From positions 133,287 to 197,286 of the forward strand of contig JAMPHY010000001.1 in the NCBI GenBank assembly GCA_023663185.1: a DNA stretch of 64,000 bases, read 5' to 3'. The notes beneath the pieces were generated by a model, which saw only the letters and a program-made list of their open reading frames with translations, was not told the origin of the DNA and searched no databases. This document shows, in pieces, positions 20,251-29,509 of this stretch. The stretch is from Clostridiales bacterium. GTDB taxonomy: Bacteria; Bacillota; Clostridia; Lachnospirales; Lachnospiraceae. Positions within the stretch are counted from its first letter, which is position 1, and each line of letters begins with the position of its first letter. The translations under genes were made by a program, and so were the position numbers.

Positions 20251-20531
20251 GCCGCCGCGATATTGTTTGGACAACACAGTTCAAAAAAGACTATAAGCTG
20301 GCATTGAAGCGTCATATGAACATTGATCTTTTAGATGATATCATCAGGGCATTGTCTCGTGGAGAAACATTGCCGGAGAAAAACAAAGATCACGCGCTGT
20401 CCGGAAACTGGGAAGGACACAGGGAATGTCATATTCTTCCAGACTGGTTGTTGATTTACCGCATTGAAGGTGATTTGTTAATACTTACACTGTCTCGCAC
20501 CGGAACGCACAGTGATTTATTTGGAAAATGA
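20247..20531 (+). CDS. yafQ: type II toxin, YafQ family (RelE/ParE superfamily mRNA interferase)
   Basis: TQFKKDYKLALKR...DHALSGNWEGHRECHILPDWLLIYR...LTLSRTGTHSDLF. Confidence 0.85.
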   Translation: MSRRDIVWTTQFKKDYKLALKRHMNIDLLDDIIRALSRGETLPEKNKDHALSGNWEGHRECHILPDWLLIYRIEGDLLILTLSRTGTHSDLFGK

Positions 20532-20639
20532 AAAATTTCTCTTTTCTCTCAAATTATATTTACTTTTTCCTGCATTCATGTTATTTTCAATATGTATTGT
20601 ATCTCCGCTAAAGGAGAATAATAACAGGAGGAAATAAAA

Positions 20640-21296
20640 ATGAATAACACAAAAACTTTCAGCATGGTTGTGACAGCCTTGTTTATTGCCATTATTGCCG
20701 TCATGACCTTCATTCCCAATGTAGGTTACATTAACCTCATTGTCATCAAAGCAACTCTGCTTCATGTACCTGTCATTGTCGGATCCATAGTGCTTGGACC
20801 GAAAAAGGGCGCGGTTTTAGGAGCAGCATTTGGTATTACCAGTCTGATTAAGAACACCTTAGAGCCAAGCCTTTTGTCTTTTGCCTTTTCACCTTTTTAC
20901 TCGGTGGGCGAAATAGGCGGAAACGGCTGGAGCGTCGTAATCGCTCTGGTGCCTAGAATTCTGGTCGGCGTTATTCCTTACTATGTATACATAGGAATGG
21001 AAAAATTATTTAAAGATTTCAAGAAGCGTAGACTTATTGCGATTCCGGTAGCATCGGCGCTCGGAGCATTGACCAATACTTTGCTGGTTATGAATTTGAT
21101 ATACTTCTGCTTTAGGGAAGAGTTTGCAGCGGCGCAGAATATAGCCCTTGAAGCCGTGTATGATGTTATTCTGGGAATTATTGCAGCTAACGGAATCCCG
21201 GAGGCTATCGTAGCGGTAGTATTGGGTACGGCAGTCAGTATGGCGCTGCTTAAGATTATGCCGCGGACACAAGAAAATGCAAAACAAACGGCGTAG
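20640..21296 (+). CDS. ECF-transporter S component, probably pantothenate-specific (PanT-like)
   Basis: 218-aa polytopic ECF-S-type protein 9 bp upstream of coaBC; specificity inferred from context only. Confidence 0.55.
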   Translation: MNNTKTFSMVVTALFIAIIAVMTFIPNVGYINLIVIKATLLHVPVIVGSIVLGPKKGAVLGAAFGITSLIKNTLEPSLLSFAFSPFYSVGEIGGNGWSVVIALVPRILVGVIPYYVYIGMEKLFKDFKKRRLIAIPVASALGALTNTLLVMNLIYFCFREEFAAAQNIALEAVYDVILGIIAANGIPEAIVAVVLGTAVSMALLKIMPRTQENAKQTA

Positions 21297-21305
21297 GAGA
21301 GAACT

Positions 21306-22496
21306 ATGTTAAATGGAAAAAATATTATTTTAGCGGTAACAGGCAGCATTGCGGCATATAAGATTGCTAATCTGGCGAGTATGCTCAAGAAACTGCATGC
21401 GGATATTACCGTATTAATGACGGAAAATGCGACAAACTTCATAAACCCTATTACATTCGAGACTTTGACGGGGAATAAATGCCTAATTGACACGTTTGAC
21501 AGAAATTTTCAGTACAATGTGGAACATGTGTCACTTGCTAAAAAGGCAGACGTAGTGCTGGTTGCGCCCGCTTCCGCCAATGTTATAGGGAAAATCGCCT
21601 GCGGAATTGCAGACGATATGTTGACTACAACGGTCATGGCATGTAAATGTAAGAAAATCATAGCTCCGGCAATGAATACGAACATGTACGAGAATCCCAT
21701 AGTGCAGGATAATATAAAGAAGCTTGCACATTACGGCATGGAAGTAATTGCGCCGGATACAGGCTATCTTGCTTGCGGCGATACGGGGGCGGGGAAGCTG
21801 CCCTCAGAGCAGACATTGCTTGAGTATATACTGAAAGAGACGGCTTGCGAAAAGGATTTATCCGGCAAAAAAGTCTTAGTCACGGCGGGACCGACTATTG
21901 AGAGGATAGATCCCGTGCGCTACATTACTAACCATTCTACAGGCAAGATGGGGTATGCCATCGCAAGACACTGTATGCACAGGGGAGCGGAAGTGACTCT
22001 GGTTACAGGCAGAACTGATACGCCAAAGCCCCCGTTTGTAACAATAGTTGAAGTGGAATCGGCAAAAGATATGGCGGACGCGGTAAAAAAATGTTATGAT
22101 AAACAGGATATAATTATTAAAGCGGCGGCGGTAGCGGACTACCGCCCCGCACATATTGCCGATGAAAAGATTAAGAAAAAAGACGACGAATTATCCATTG
22201 CGCTTGAACGCACGGAAGATATCCTGCAGTTTTTAGGCGATAACCGCAAAGAAGGACAGTTTATCTGCGGATTTTCTATGGAGACGGAAAACCTTCTTAA
22301 GAACTCCCGCGCTAAGCTTGAGAAGAAGCATGTGGATATGATAGTTGCCAATAACGTAAAGCAGTCCGGAGCGGGCTTCGGGACGGATACTAATATTGTG
22401 ACGCTGATTACGAAAGATAGCGTCAAAGAACTGCCGATTATGAGCAAGGAAGAGGTTGCAAAGCAGATTATTGATGAAATACTGTCACGAGTTTAG
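21306..22496 (+). CDS. coaBC: bifunctional phosphopantothenoylcysteine decarboxylase / phosphopantothenate-cysteine ligase
   Basis: N-terminal flavoprotein (ILAVTGSIAAYK, PAMNTNMYENP) plus C-terminal DFP ligase (VTAGPTIERIDPVRYITNHSTGKMG, AAAVADYRP). Confidence 0.9.
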   Translation: MLNGKNIILAVTGSIAAYKIANLASMLKKLHADITVLMTENATNFINPITFETLTGNKCLIDTFDRNFQYNVEHVSLAKKADVVLVAPASANVIGKIACGIADDMLTTTVMACKCKKIIAPAMNTNMYENPIVQDNIKKLAHYGMEVIAPDTGYLACGDTGAGKLPSEQTLLEYILKETACEKDLSGKKVLVTAGPTIERIDPVRYITNHSTGKMGYAIARHCMHRGAEVTLVTGRTDTPKPPFVTIVEVESAKDMADAVKKCYDKQDIIIKAAAVADYRPAHIADEKIKKKDDELSIALERTEDILQFLGDNRKEGQFICGFSMETENLLKNSRAKLEKKHVDMIVANNVKQSGAGFGTDTNIVTLITKDSVKELPIMSKEEVAKQIIDEILSRV

Positions 22497-22569
22497 ATAA
22501 AATGAACAAAAACGGAGCTCCAATGCCTGAAAAGCGGTAAGTCGCTCCTTATTTTGTTCATTTTATCTA
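22494..22569 (+). terminator. long imperfect hairpin overlapping the coaBC stop codon (possible terminator or REP-like element)
   Basis: TAGATAAAATGAACAAAA (22494-22511) is the perfect reverse complement of 22552-22569; inner GGAGC/GCTCC pairing; no clear T-run. Confidence 0.4.
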
Positions 22570-22610
22570 AACTCTGGTATTAAAATATAATATAAAAGGA
22601 AATATGAAGT

Positions 22611-23558
22611 ATGAAAGATTTTAAAGGTTTTAAAAGGGGCGTAAACTTGGGGGGCTGGCTTTCACAGTGCGATTACAGCACCGAACGGCTGACGCAGTTT
22701 ATCGTCGAAGACGACTTTAAGAAAATAGCTTCATGGGGCGTTGACCATGTCAGACTACCAATCGATTATAACATAGTGCAGAACGAGGACGGCACTATTA
22801 ACGAGACAGGCTTCGGCTACATAGACCATGCGCTTGAGATGTGTGGAAAGTACGGACTCAATATTGTTTTAGACCTTCATAAAACGGCAGGCTGGTCTTT
22901 TGATAAAGGGGAAAACGAAGTCGGTTTCTTTGTAAAGAAAGAGTATCAGGAGCGTTTCTATAGTCTGTGGCAGGAATTTGCAAGGCGTTACGGAGATGCG
23001 GATAAAATAGCATTTGAACTGCTTAACGAAGTTACTGACAAAGAATATTGCGCAGAATGGAATAGAATAGCGCACGAATGTATTCGACTAATTCGGTCAA
23101 TAGCTCCGGAGACGGTGATTTTAGTAGGCGGATACTGGAATAACAGCGCCGCTGCGGTAAAAGATTTGGATAAGCCGTATGATGATAAAGTTGTATATAA
23201 TTTTCACTGCTATGATCCGATAGGCTTTACTCATCAGGGGGCGGATTGGGTTGAGGATATGGACCCCGATATGAGAATGTCATACGCAGAAAGTGGCTGG
23301 AATAGCGGAAAGTTTATCGAGGTGTTCAAGGAAGCCTTTGATACGGCGCAGAAGAACGGGACAGTGCTTTACTGCGGAGAGTACGGCGTAATTGATAAAG
23401 CGTCGAATGAAGATATATTACAGTGGTATAAAGATATTCATGCTGCATTTGAACACTACGGAATCGGCAGATGTACATGGAATTATAAAGAGATGGATTT
23501 CGGCTTGTCAGACGACAGATTGAGCGGCATAATCGACGAACTGGTGCAATATCTGTAA
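22611..23558 (+). CDS. glycoside hydrolase family 5 (cellulase/glucanase-like), cytoplasmic (no signal peptide)
   Basis: GVNLGGWL, HVRLPIDY, FELLNEV (acid/base Glu), CGEYG (nucleophile Glu). Confidence 0.8.
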   Translation: MKDFKGFKRGVNLGGWLSQCDYSTERLTQFIVEDDFKKIASWGVDHVRLPIDYNIVQNEDGTINETGFGYIDHALEMCGKYGLNIVLDLHKTAGWSFDKGENEVGFFVKKEYQERFYSLWQEFARRYGDADKIAFELLNEVTDKEYCAEWNRIAHECIRLIRSIAPETVILVGGYWNNSAAAVKDLDKPYDDKVVYNFHCYDPIGFTHQGADWVEDMDPDMRMSYAESGWNSGKFIEVFKEAFDTAQKNGTVLYCGEYGVIDKASNEDILQWYKDIHAAFEHYGIGRCTWNYKEMDFGLSDDRLSGIIDELVQYL

Positions 23559-23584
23559 AAGTGCGAAAGAAAGGCGGGCTAAAG

Positions 23585-24562
23585 ATGCAGAAACTGAATG
23601 AAGAAATAAAATCCGGTCAGTTAAGGCAGTTTTACCTGCTTTATGGAGAAGAAGCGTATCTGCGCCGTCAGTACAGAGATAAATTGAAAGCGGCGCTTGT
23701 AAACGACGGCGATACCATGAATTATAATTACTTTGAAGGCAAGGGTATAGATGTGGGGGAAATTATCGACCTTGCGGAAACCCTGCCGTTTCTTGCCGAG
23801 CGGCGTGTCATTATTATAGAAAACAGCGGACTTTTCAAACACGGCGGAGAACAGCTTGCAGACTATCTGAAAGAGCCGTGCGAAACTACTTTTTTCGTGC
23901 TGGTAGAGCCTGAGATTGACAAGCGCAGCAAGCTTTTTAAGGCGCTTACGGCTAAAGGGCGTGCGATTGAATTTAAAGCGCAGGACGAAAGCATATTGAA
24001 ACGCTGGATTATCGGCACGCTTAATAAAGAAAACAAGAAAATTACTGAGCGCGATTTGTCGCTTTTTCTGGAAAAGACGGGAACTGATATGGAGAATATC
24101 AGCAAAGAGTTGGAGAAGATAATCTGCTACTGCATGGACAAGGATGTTATTACGGGGGCGGACATTGAAGAAATATGTACCAGACAAGTCAATAACCAGA
24201 TTTTTGATATGATGGACGCCATTGCTGCCAAAAGACAAAAAGAAGCGATGGATTTGTACTACGACCTTCTGACCTTGAAAGAACCGCCGATGCGCATTCT
24301 TTTCCTGCTGGCAAGACAGTTTAACCTTCTGCTTCAAGTCAAGGAATTAAAGCAAAAAGGATATCCGGCGAAGGTGATAGGGGAGAATGTCGGTCTGCCC
24401 GGCTTCATTGCGGGTAAATATGTAAATCAGGCGTCAAAATTTTCCACGCAATACTTAAGAGACGCCGTGACCGACTGCGTAGAGACCGAAGAGGCGGTCA
24501 AAACCGGGAAAATGAACGATGTTTTAAGCGTGGAACTGTTGTTGATAAAATATAGCGCGTAG
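23585..24562 (+). CDS. holA: DNA polymerase III delta subunit
   Basis: QFYLLYGEEAYL start, RVIIIEN, C-terminal clamp-loader helical domain; ATG at 23585 preferred over the GTG at 23561. Confidence 0.85.
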   Translation: MQKLNEEIKSGQLRQFYLLYGEEAYLRRQYRDKLKAALVNDGDTMNYNYFEGKGIDVGEIIDLAETLPFLAERRVIIIENSGLFKHGGEQLADYLKEPCETTFFVLVEPEIDKRSKLFKALTAKGRAIEFKAQDESILKRWIIGTLNKENKKITERDLSLFLEKTGTDMENISKELEKIICYCMDKDVITGADIEEICTRQVNNQIFDMMDAIAAKRQKEAMDLYYDLLTLKEPPMRILFLLARQFNLLLQVKELKQKGYPAKVIGENVGLPGFIAGKYVNQASKFSTQYLRDAVTDCVETEEAVKTGKMNDVLSVELLLIKYSA

Positions 24563-24577
24563 GAGGAAAACATCAAT

Positions 24578-25081
24578 ATGAGAAGTAGAGGCAGTATCAT
24601 ATTTTGGATTATATTATTGATTTGGATTGTCATGAACAGGCGTGTCAATTCACGTAGGAATGATAATGGCAATGGAACTAATATGGATAGAACGCCGCGC
24701 ATTGATAACAGAACCATGCAGAATAATCCGGCAAACAGGCAGCAGCCTTATAATAAGCAGCAGAAATCACAGCAGCAAAGACCGCAGGCAGCGGCGAAGG
24801 CTGACGTGGAAGATACAGAGCCGGAGGCAGGCTCTACTATGGCGTATTTGGAAGAAAAAGCCAGACAGGACGCTATGGAACATGCTAGAGAGAAACGGGA
24901 AGAGGCAAGGCGGCTTAATATAACATACGGCGGTCTGCGCGCAGCACAGCGCTGCTATGAGGGCGACAGCGTACCGAGCGACAAAAAGTGTATAGTCTGC
25001 TCATACTGCGGCGCAAACAATCTTATTCCACAGGCGGCAAGAGAACGCTATAGCTGCTATTTCTGCAGGGAAGCGTTGTAA
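24578..25081 (+). CDS. membrane-anchored Q/N-rich protein with C-terminal zinc ribbon
   Basis: N-terminal helix IIFWIILLIWIV; CIVCSYCG...CYFC (CxxC-x16-CxxC). Confidence 0.5.
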   Translation: MRSRGSIIFWIILLIWIVMNRRVNSRRNDNGNGTNMDRTPRIDNRTMQNNPANRQQPYNKQQKSQQQRPQAAAKADVEDTEPEAGSTMAYLEEKARQDAMEHAREKREEARRLNITYGGLRAAQRCYEGDSVPSDKKCIVCSYCGANNLIPQAARERYSCYFCREAL

Positions 25082-25188
25082 AAATTAACAAATATGTCAC
25101 TTTTTATTCATTTATTATTGATATTGATGTCAAATTATGATAACATTTTAAACAATAAAATATTTTACTGGAAAGGAAGATAAATTTT

Positions 25189-25371
25189 ATGGTTAAACCG
25201 AAAAGTTACTTGGATTTTATTGCCGAGGACAAGAGCCTGACCAAAAAAATGACATTGGAAGAATATGAAAACAATGAATTTGCGCCGGAAAATTCAGATG
25301 AAACAATTGAAGAAGCATATGACGCATATAAAAGAGTTATGGAAAAATTAAACACTGAGGTATTGATGTGA
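25189..25371 (+). CDS. hypothetical acidic 60-aa protein
   Basis: GGAAAGGAAG RBS; AT-rich; overlaps the next ORF by 4 bp. Confidence 0.4.
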   Translation: MVKPKSYLDFIAEDKSLTKKMTLEEYENNEFAPENSDETIEEAYDAYKRVMEKLNTEVLM

Positions 25372-26003
25372 CGTTTGATAAATTTACTGAGATATTTGAT
25401 GAAAGTGTATTGCCGGAAATACATATGATGGGAAATAACAACCCTTTAATTACGATTAAAAATATAGATATATGCCGCAGGGAAATATATAGGGAGTATG
25501 TAAAATTAAACACCTTATACAAAGAGCAGATTTTTAACAAAAGTGAAAAAGTTCTATTGGATCGCCACAAGGTTGCGGCATGTATATGTGGAGCATTTTT
25601 AAAAGTATCTGTTTTTCAAAAAGATGCTCTTATTGCATCTCTTAAAGAAACTCGTCAGGCGATAGATCCCGTTTTCTTTTATGTAAATGAATTCATTGCT
25701 TTTATAGCGGCAACTAAATTTCTTTCATATTTTATGGTCTCGGAAAAGGAAAAAGAGAAGGATTATGAAGCCGCAGGCGAGATAATTAATAAGTTTCCTT
25801 TATTGCCTCCGGTTTCTAATAGTAAGCTGGGGTTTTGGGGTATCACACTCTATAATTTGAGCCAAATAAAAGTCTATGCGCCGGAAGATTCAACAAAATA
25901 CAGTATTGGTCTTGAACACTATGATATATACAGCTATGCAATGTACTTCTATTGGCTGGAATTATATTTTAAGCGAACTCAACATACAAGCAAGGATAAA
26001 TAG
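25368..26003 (+). CDS. hypothetical protein (211 aa)
   Basis: GTG start coupled to the upstream ORF; AT-rich; no motif recognised. Confidence 0.5.
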   Translation: MTFDKFTEIFDESVLPEIHMMGNNNPLITIKNIDICRREIYREYVKLNTLYKEQIFNKSEKVLLDRHKVAACICGAFLKVSVFQKDALIASLKETRQAIDPVFFYVNEFIAFIAATKFLSYFMVSEKEKEKDYEAAGEIINKFPLLPPVSNSKLGFWGITLYNLSQIKVYAPEDSTKYSIGLEHYDIYSYAMYFYWLELYFKRTQHTSKDK

Positions 26004-26093
26004 AGCAATTTTATACAATCCAAAAAGTCTCCATAATCGTATGATACTATCATGCAACCCAATGCAAATATACGATTAAGGAGAGATTAGGAA

Positions 26094-26489
26094 ATGGACT
26101 ATCAAAATCTATTTGAGCAATTTAGCAATGAGGGGAAATTAATTTTATCGAATACGGAAATCTCTTTTGCGGATATTCCGTGGTCTAAGCACCCAACCTT
26201 TGAAGGAGTAGAACTAAAGCATATCGTTACTTCTAAGCAGACAAATGGACAATTCAGCTATCACCTTGTAAGGATTGCCCCGAACAAAAAAATAGGAAAT
26301 CATGTGCATAAGACACAATTGGAAACGCATGAGGTAATTTCCGGCAGCGGCGTATGTATTAATGCAGGCGCAGAGATAAAATATGAGCCGGGCGTAATAT
26401 CCATACTGCCTATGAATATGCCGCATGAAGTTAGAGCAGGAGATGAAGGTTTATACATTTTTGCCAAGTTCATGCCCGCATTGAATTAG
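26094..26489 (+). CDS. cupin-domain protein
   Basis: GNHVHKTQLETHEVISGSG...PMNMPHEV two-motif cupin signature. Confidence 0.7.
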   Translation: MDYQNLFEQFSNEGKLILSNTEISFADIPWSKHPTFEGVELKHIVTSKQTNGQFSYHLVRIAPNKKIGNHVHKTQLETHEVISGSGVCINAGAEIKYEPGVISILPMNMPHEVRAGDEGLYIFAKFMPALN

Positions 26490-26500
26490 TGGAAATGCCT

Positions 26501-27247
26501 TTATGTCAGCGCCTTATAAGAAGTTTTGTAGGCAGTAGGTGTAAGTCCCACATATTTTTCAAAGGATTTTATGAAATGGCTTTGATCACAAAAACCGGTG
26601 TTCAGAGCCACTTCTGTTATATTGTCAATCTTGCTTAACATGTGTTGTGCTTTACGAACACGGTTCTGAATTAGAAATTGATGCGGCGTTAAACCAACAG
26701 CTTGTTTAAAGCTTCTGATAAAGTGATACTTGCTAATGTACAAAGAATGTGCCATTTCGTCAATACTTAACTTCATTTCGGGATAACGTTCTATCTGTTT
26801 TTGCGCTAAATCAATAAATGGTTCCGCAGAATCCGGAAATAAAATACTATCGCATGAGTCCAAGCAATTTAATAATTGCAATATCTGTATATCGGTTAGT
26901 TTAGGCTCAGGTATAGAAGATAGTAAATGGAAAATATTATTTTTGATTTTGTCCTTACTATATTCCTTTATGACATTTTTATTGATACATAATGTCAATA
27001 GTGAGTACGGATTTTGAGCCTTAATTATGTGCGGTACATATGGCGGAATAGTAAAAGAATTGCTTTTTTCACAGATAGAAGAATTATCACCAATAGTCAA
27101 AAGGATTGAACCGCATAAAACTAAGCCGATAGTGAGAACCGAAACATGATTATGCAGCGGATATGAAATTACGGAATTATTGCAAACTATCAATTCAATA
27201 TTGGCGTTTTTGTCGTACATATATTGAATATTGTTTACTTTTCGCAT
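26501..27247 (-). CDS. AraC-family transcriptional regulator (cupin-like N-terminus)
   Basis: C-terminal double HTH: SIDEMAHSLYISKYHFIRSFK...ITEVALNTGFCDQSHFIKSFEKYVGLTP. Confidence 0.85.
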   Translation of the reverse strand: MRKVNNIQYMYDKNANIELIVCNNSVISYPLHNHVSVLTIGLVLCGSILLTIGDNSSICEKSNSFTIPPYVPHIIKAQNPYSLLTLCINKNVIKEYSKDKIKNNIFHLLSSIPEPKLTDIQILQLLNCLDSCDSILFPDSAEPFIDLAQKQIERYPEMKLSIDEMAHSLYISKYHFIRSFKQAVGLTPHQFLIQNRVRKAQHMLSKIDNITEVALNTGFCDQSHFIKSFEKYVGLTPTAYKTSYKALT

Positions 27248-27422
27248 AGTGGCTGCTCCCTGTTTGAGTGTTTTGGAAATTATATCATGAAAGTATAGAA
27301 AATAAAAGGTATTAGAACTCTCAAAACAGTTGCTATTTTGGCACTGTTTAAGTATACTAAATGTAGGTTAATACCATTGGCTTAGGCATAGATAATCTCA
27401 TACTTTAATAGGGGTAATTCTA

Positions 27423-27731
27423 ATGATAATAGAAGGAAATCCAAAAGAAATCGAAGCTATGGAAGAATTTCATAAAGGAAATCGGCAAAAAGGACTTGAA
27501 CTTCAGGAAGAATTTGCCGCCAAGTTTCGTGAAGAATATAAGGAAAAAGACCATTGTCCATGTCAAAAAGCGTGTAGATACCACGGTAATTGCAAAGAGT
27601 GTGTCGCAATCCATAGAGCACATCAGGAACATGTACCGAACTGTATGCGTTCCATGATAAATTCAAAAATTAAGCTGCTGTCGGAATTAACGGAGCATAC
27701 GATAGCGCGAGAAATAGAGGCGCCGATGTAA
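27423..27731 (+). CDS. small Cys/His-rich protein (putative metal-binding)
   Basis: HCPCQKACRYHGNCKECVAIHRAHQEHVPNC cluster. Confidence 0.5.
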   Translation: MIIEGNPKEIEAMEEFHKGNRQKGLELQEEFAAKFREEYKEKDHCPCQKACRYHGNCKECVAIHRAHQEHVPNCMRSMINSKIKLLSELTEHTIAREIEAPM

Positions 27732-27849
27732 TTACATAATATGACAATCGGCAGAGCCAAAACTGCTATTTTCTGCAAAAAATAACCGCTTTCTGCAAGG
27801 AATATTGCTATTTTTTGAAAGTATGGTATTATCAAAATAATAGCAGGGG

Positions 27850-28614
27850 GTGATTAATGTGAAAATTCAACAAACTTTTTGTTGTCAAAGCGCTAATTTT
27901 TTGAATATGTCAGAAAGGCATAGAATAGAAAAATCAGACGAAGGGTTAAAGGCATTACGAGAGAGAGTAAACGAATTAAAACCTGAGTCAGATGATATCG
28001 ATTTTGATAAACTGCATCCGGTAGAAACAAACGAGGTTGAATTTGAACATTACATGAAAATGATGCATTTGAGTAGTTTGACTTTGGGAGAAGGCGGAGA
28101 CTATGATGTTGTTGATGTAATGAATTCTATCATGGAAACTTATGAAACTCTATATAATCAGATTGTAGAGGAACATGAATATGGAGACCGTCAGGTTTCA
28201 TACTATATTTCGGGTGCCAGATCATTAACTCTTGAGGAGGATTTAGCAGGACTGGAAAAAGCGTTTGAAAGGCGGTTAGATGACTTAGAGGGGTATATTA
28301 CATGTAGGCAAACAAATAAAGCATTTGCGAATCAGGGCTATGATGGCTGGCTTGACCGTAGAATAAATAACACGATAGATTTTCAAAGCACGCAAAGAAA
28401 AAGCAAAGCAGCAAAACATGATGATTATAATTATCTTGATGATGAATACATTGATACGGCTGTCGCAATGATGAAATTGGCTCGCGAGAACTTTTTGGTA
28501 TTATTTGATAGTAAAAACTACATAAAGGGAGCAGCAAATGGTATAATTTCAGATATTATGAATAAAAATGCTGATTTTATGGCAAAAACTAAAAAGTTGT
28601 TTTCTAAGGATTAA
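27850..28614 (+). CDS. hypothetical acidic protein
   Basis: ORF follows an AGGGGG RBS. The start is ambiguous (GTG 27850 or GTG 27859). No motif recognised. Confidence 0.5.
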   Translation: MINVKIQQTFCCQSANFLNMSERHRIEKSDEGLKALRERVNELKPESDDIDFDKLHPVETNEVEFEHYMKMMHLSSLTLGEGGDYDVVDVMNSIMETYETLYNQIVEEHEYGDRQVSYYISGARSLTLEEDLAGLEKAFERRLDDLEGYITCRQTNKAFANQGYDGWLDRRINNTIDFQSTQRKSKAAKHDDYNYLDDEYIDTAVAMMKLARENFLVLFDSKNYIKGAANGIISDIMNKNADFMAKTKKLFSKD

Positions 28615-28641
28615 TATGTGGGAAATCCGATAGGGAAAAGT

Positions 28642-28690
28642 CCTCTTGAATTAAACTACGCTTTGATTCAAGGGGATATTTTTTGTTTTT
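28642..28690 (+). terminator. rho-independent terminator
   Basis: CCTCTTGAAT / ATTCAAGGGG stem followed by ATATTTTTTGTTTTT. Confidence 0.55.
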
Positions 28691-28783
28691 CTGATATTTA
28701 GTTGACTAATGCGCTAAAGAAAAATAAAGTATAAAATATAAGAGGAGACTGCTGTTAAATGGCAGGAAAAGAGGAGAAAACAG

Positions 28784-29509
28784 ATGTTCAAAATTGCAAT
28801 ATGTGATGATGAAAATCTTTTTACAGAAGAACTAAAAGAAATGCTCTCCGGCTATATGATGGAAAAAGGTCTTGTTTTTGAAATAGATACATACAGCTCC
28901 GGAGAGGCATTGGTAGAATTGGGGCTTGAGGTAGTAAAATATACCGTCATATTTTTAGACATAAACATGGAGAAAGTTGATGGCATCAAGGCAGCAGAAA
29001 AGATTAGAGAAGTAAGCAGGGAAGTGTTTATCGTATTTGTGACTGCATATGTGGACTATTCGCTGGAAGGATACCGGTTAGATGTTGTAAGGTACTTGCT
29101 AAAGAGCAATGCCAACTTTCAGAGCAAAGTTAATGAATGTATGGATGCCATTATTGATAAAATGAATTATTCCGTGACAAAAAGGGAATTTGATTTTAAG
29201 GAAGGCAGAAAAGAAATATCACTGGAAAGATTATTGTATATTGAGAGCAATCTGCATATACTTGAGTTTCATGTTATGGAGGATGATATGAAAGTCTATA
29301 CCATGTATGAAACATTAAATGTATTTGAAACCAGACTGGCAGAGAATAATTTTATAAGGATACATCAGAGTTACCTTGTGAATGCAAAACATATCAGGAA
29401 TGTAGTACGTTGCAAAGCGATATTGACAAACGGGGTTGAGTTATCCATACCGAAAGCAAGGTATACAGCAGTCAAGAATAAGTTTATAGCGTGTCGGGGA
29501 GAAGTGTAG
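28784..29509 (+). CDS. LytTR-family response regulator (AgrA-like)
   Basis: Receiver (ICDDE, FLDINM) plus LytTR domain (FIRIHQSYLVN). Confidence 0.85.
   Translation: MFKIAICDDENLFTEELKEMLSGYMMEKGLVFEIDTYSSGEALVELGLEVVKYTVIFLDINMEKVDGIKAAEKIREVSREVFIVFVTAYVDYSLEGYRLDVVRYLLKSNANFQSKVNECMDAIIDKMNYSVTKREFDFKEGRKEISLERLLYIESNLHILEFHVMEDDMKVYTMYETLNVFETRLAENNFIRIHQSYLVNAKHIRNVVRCKAILTNGVELSIPKARYTAVKNKFIACRGEV

Noticed and set aside
20981-21493. 170-aa minus-strand ORF spanning the panT-like/coaBC junction
   Set aside because: It is antisense to two well-supported + strand genes and has no RBS or motif.
9841-23584. Calling the comEC-holA insert a genomic island or mobile element
   Set aside because: I recognised no integrase, transposase, relaxase or phage gene in any frame, and no tRNA-derived direct repeats. 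Only the synteny observation is reported.
23621-24337. 238-aa minus-strand ORF
   Set aside because: It is entirely antisense to holA, which has clear family motifs. Its translation is K/R/F-rich with no motif, typical of a shadow ORF in AT-rich coding DNA.
28759-28806. 15-aa ORF (MAGKEEKTDVQNCNM) with a GAGGAG RBS just upstream of the LytTR regulator, considered as an AgrD-like propeptide
   Set aside because: Only two residues follow the Cys, it has no amphipathic leader or charged C-terminal tail, and no AgrB is present. It overlaps the regulator start and is more likely fortuitous.
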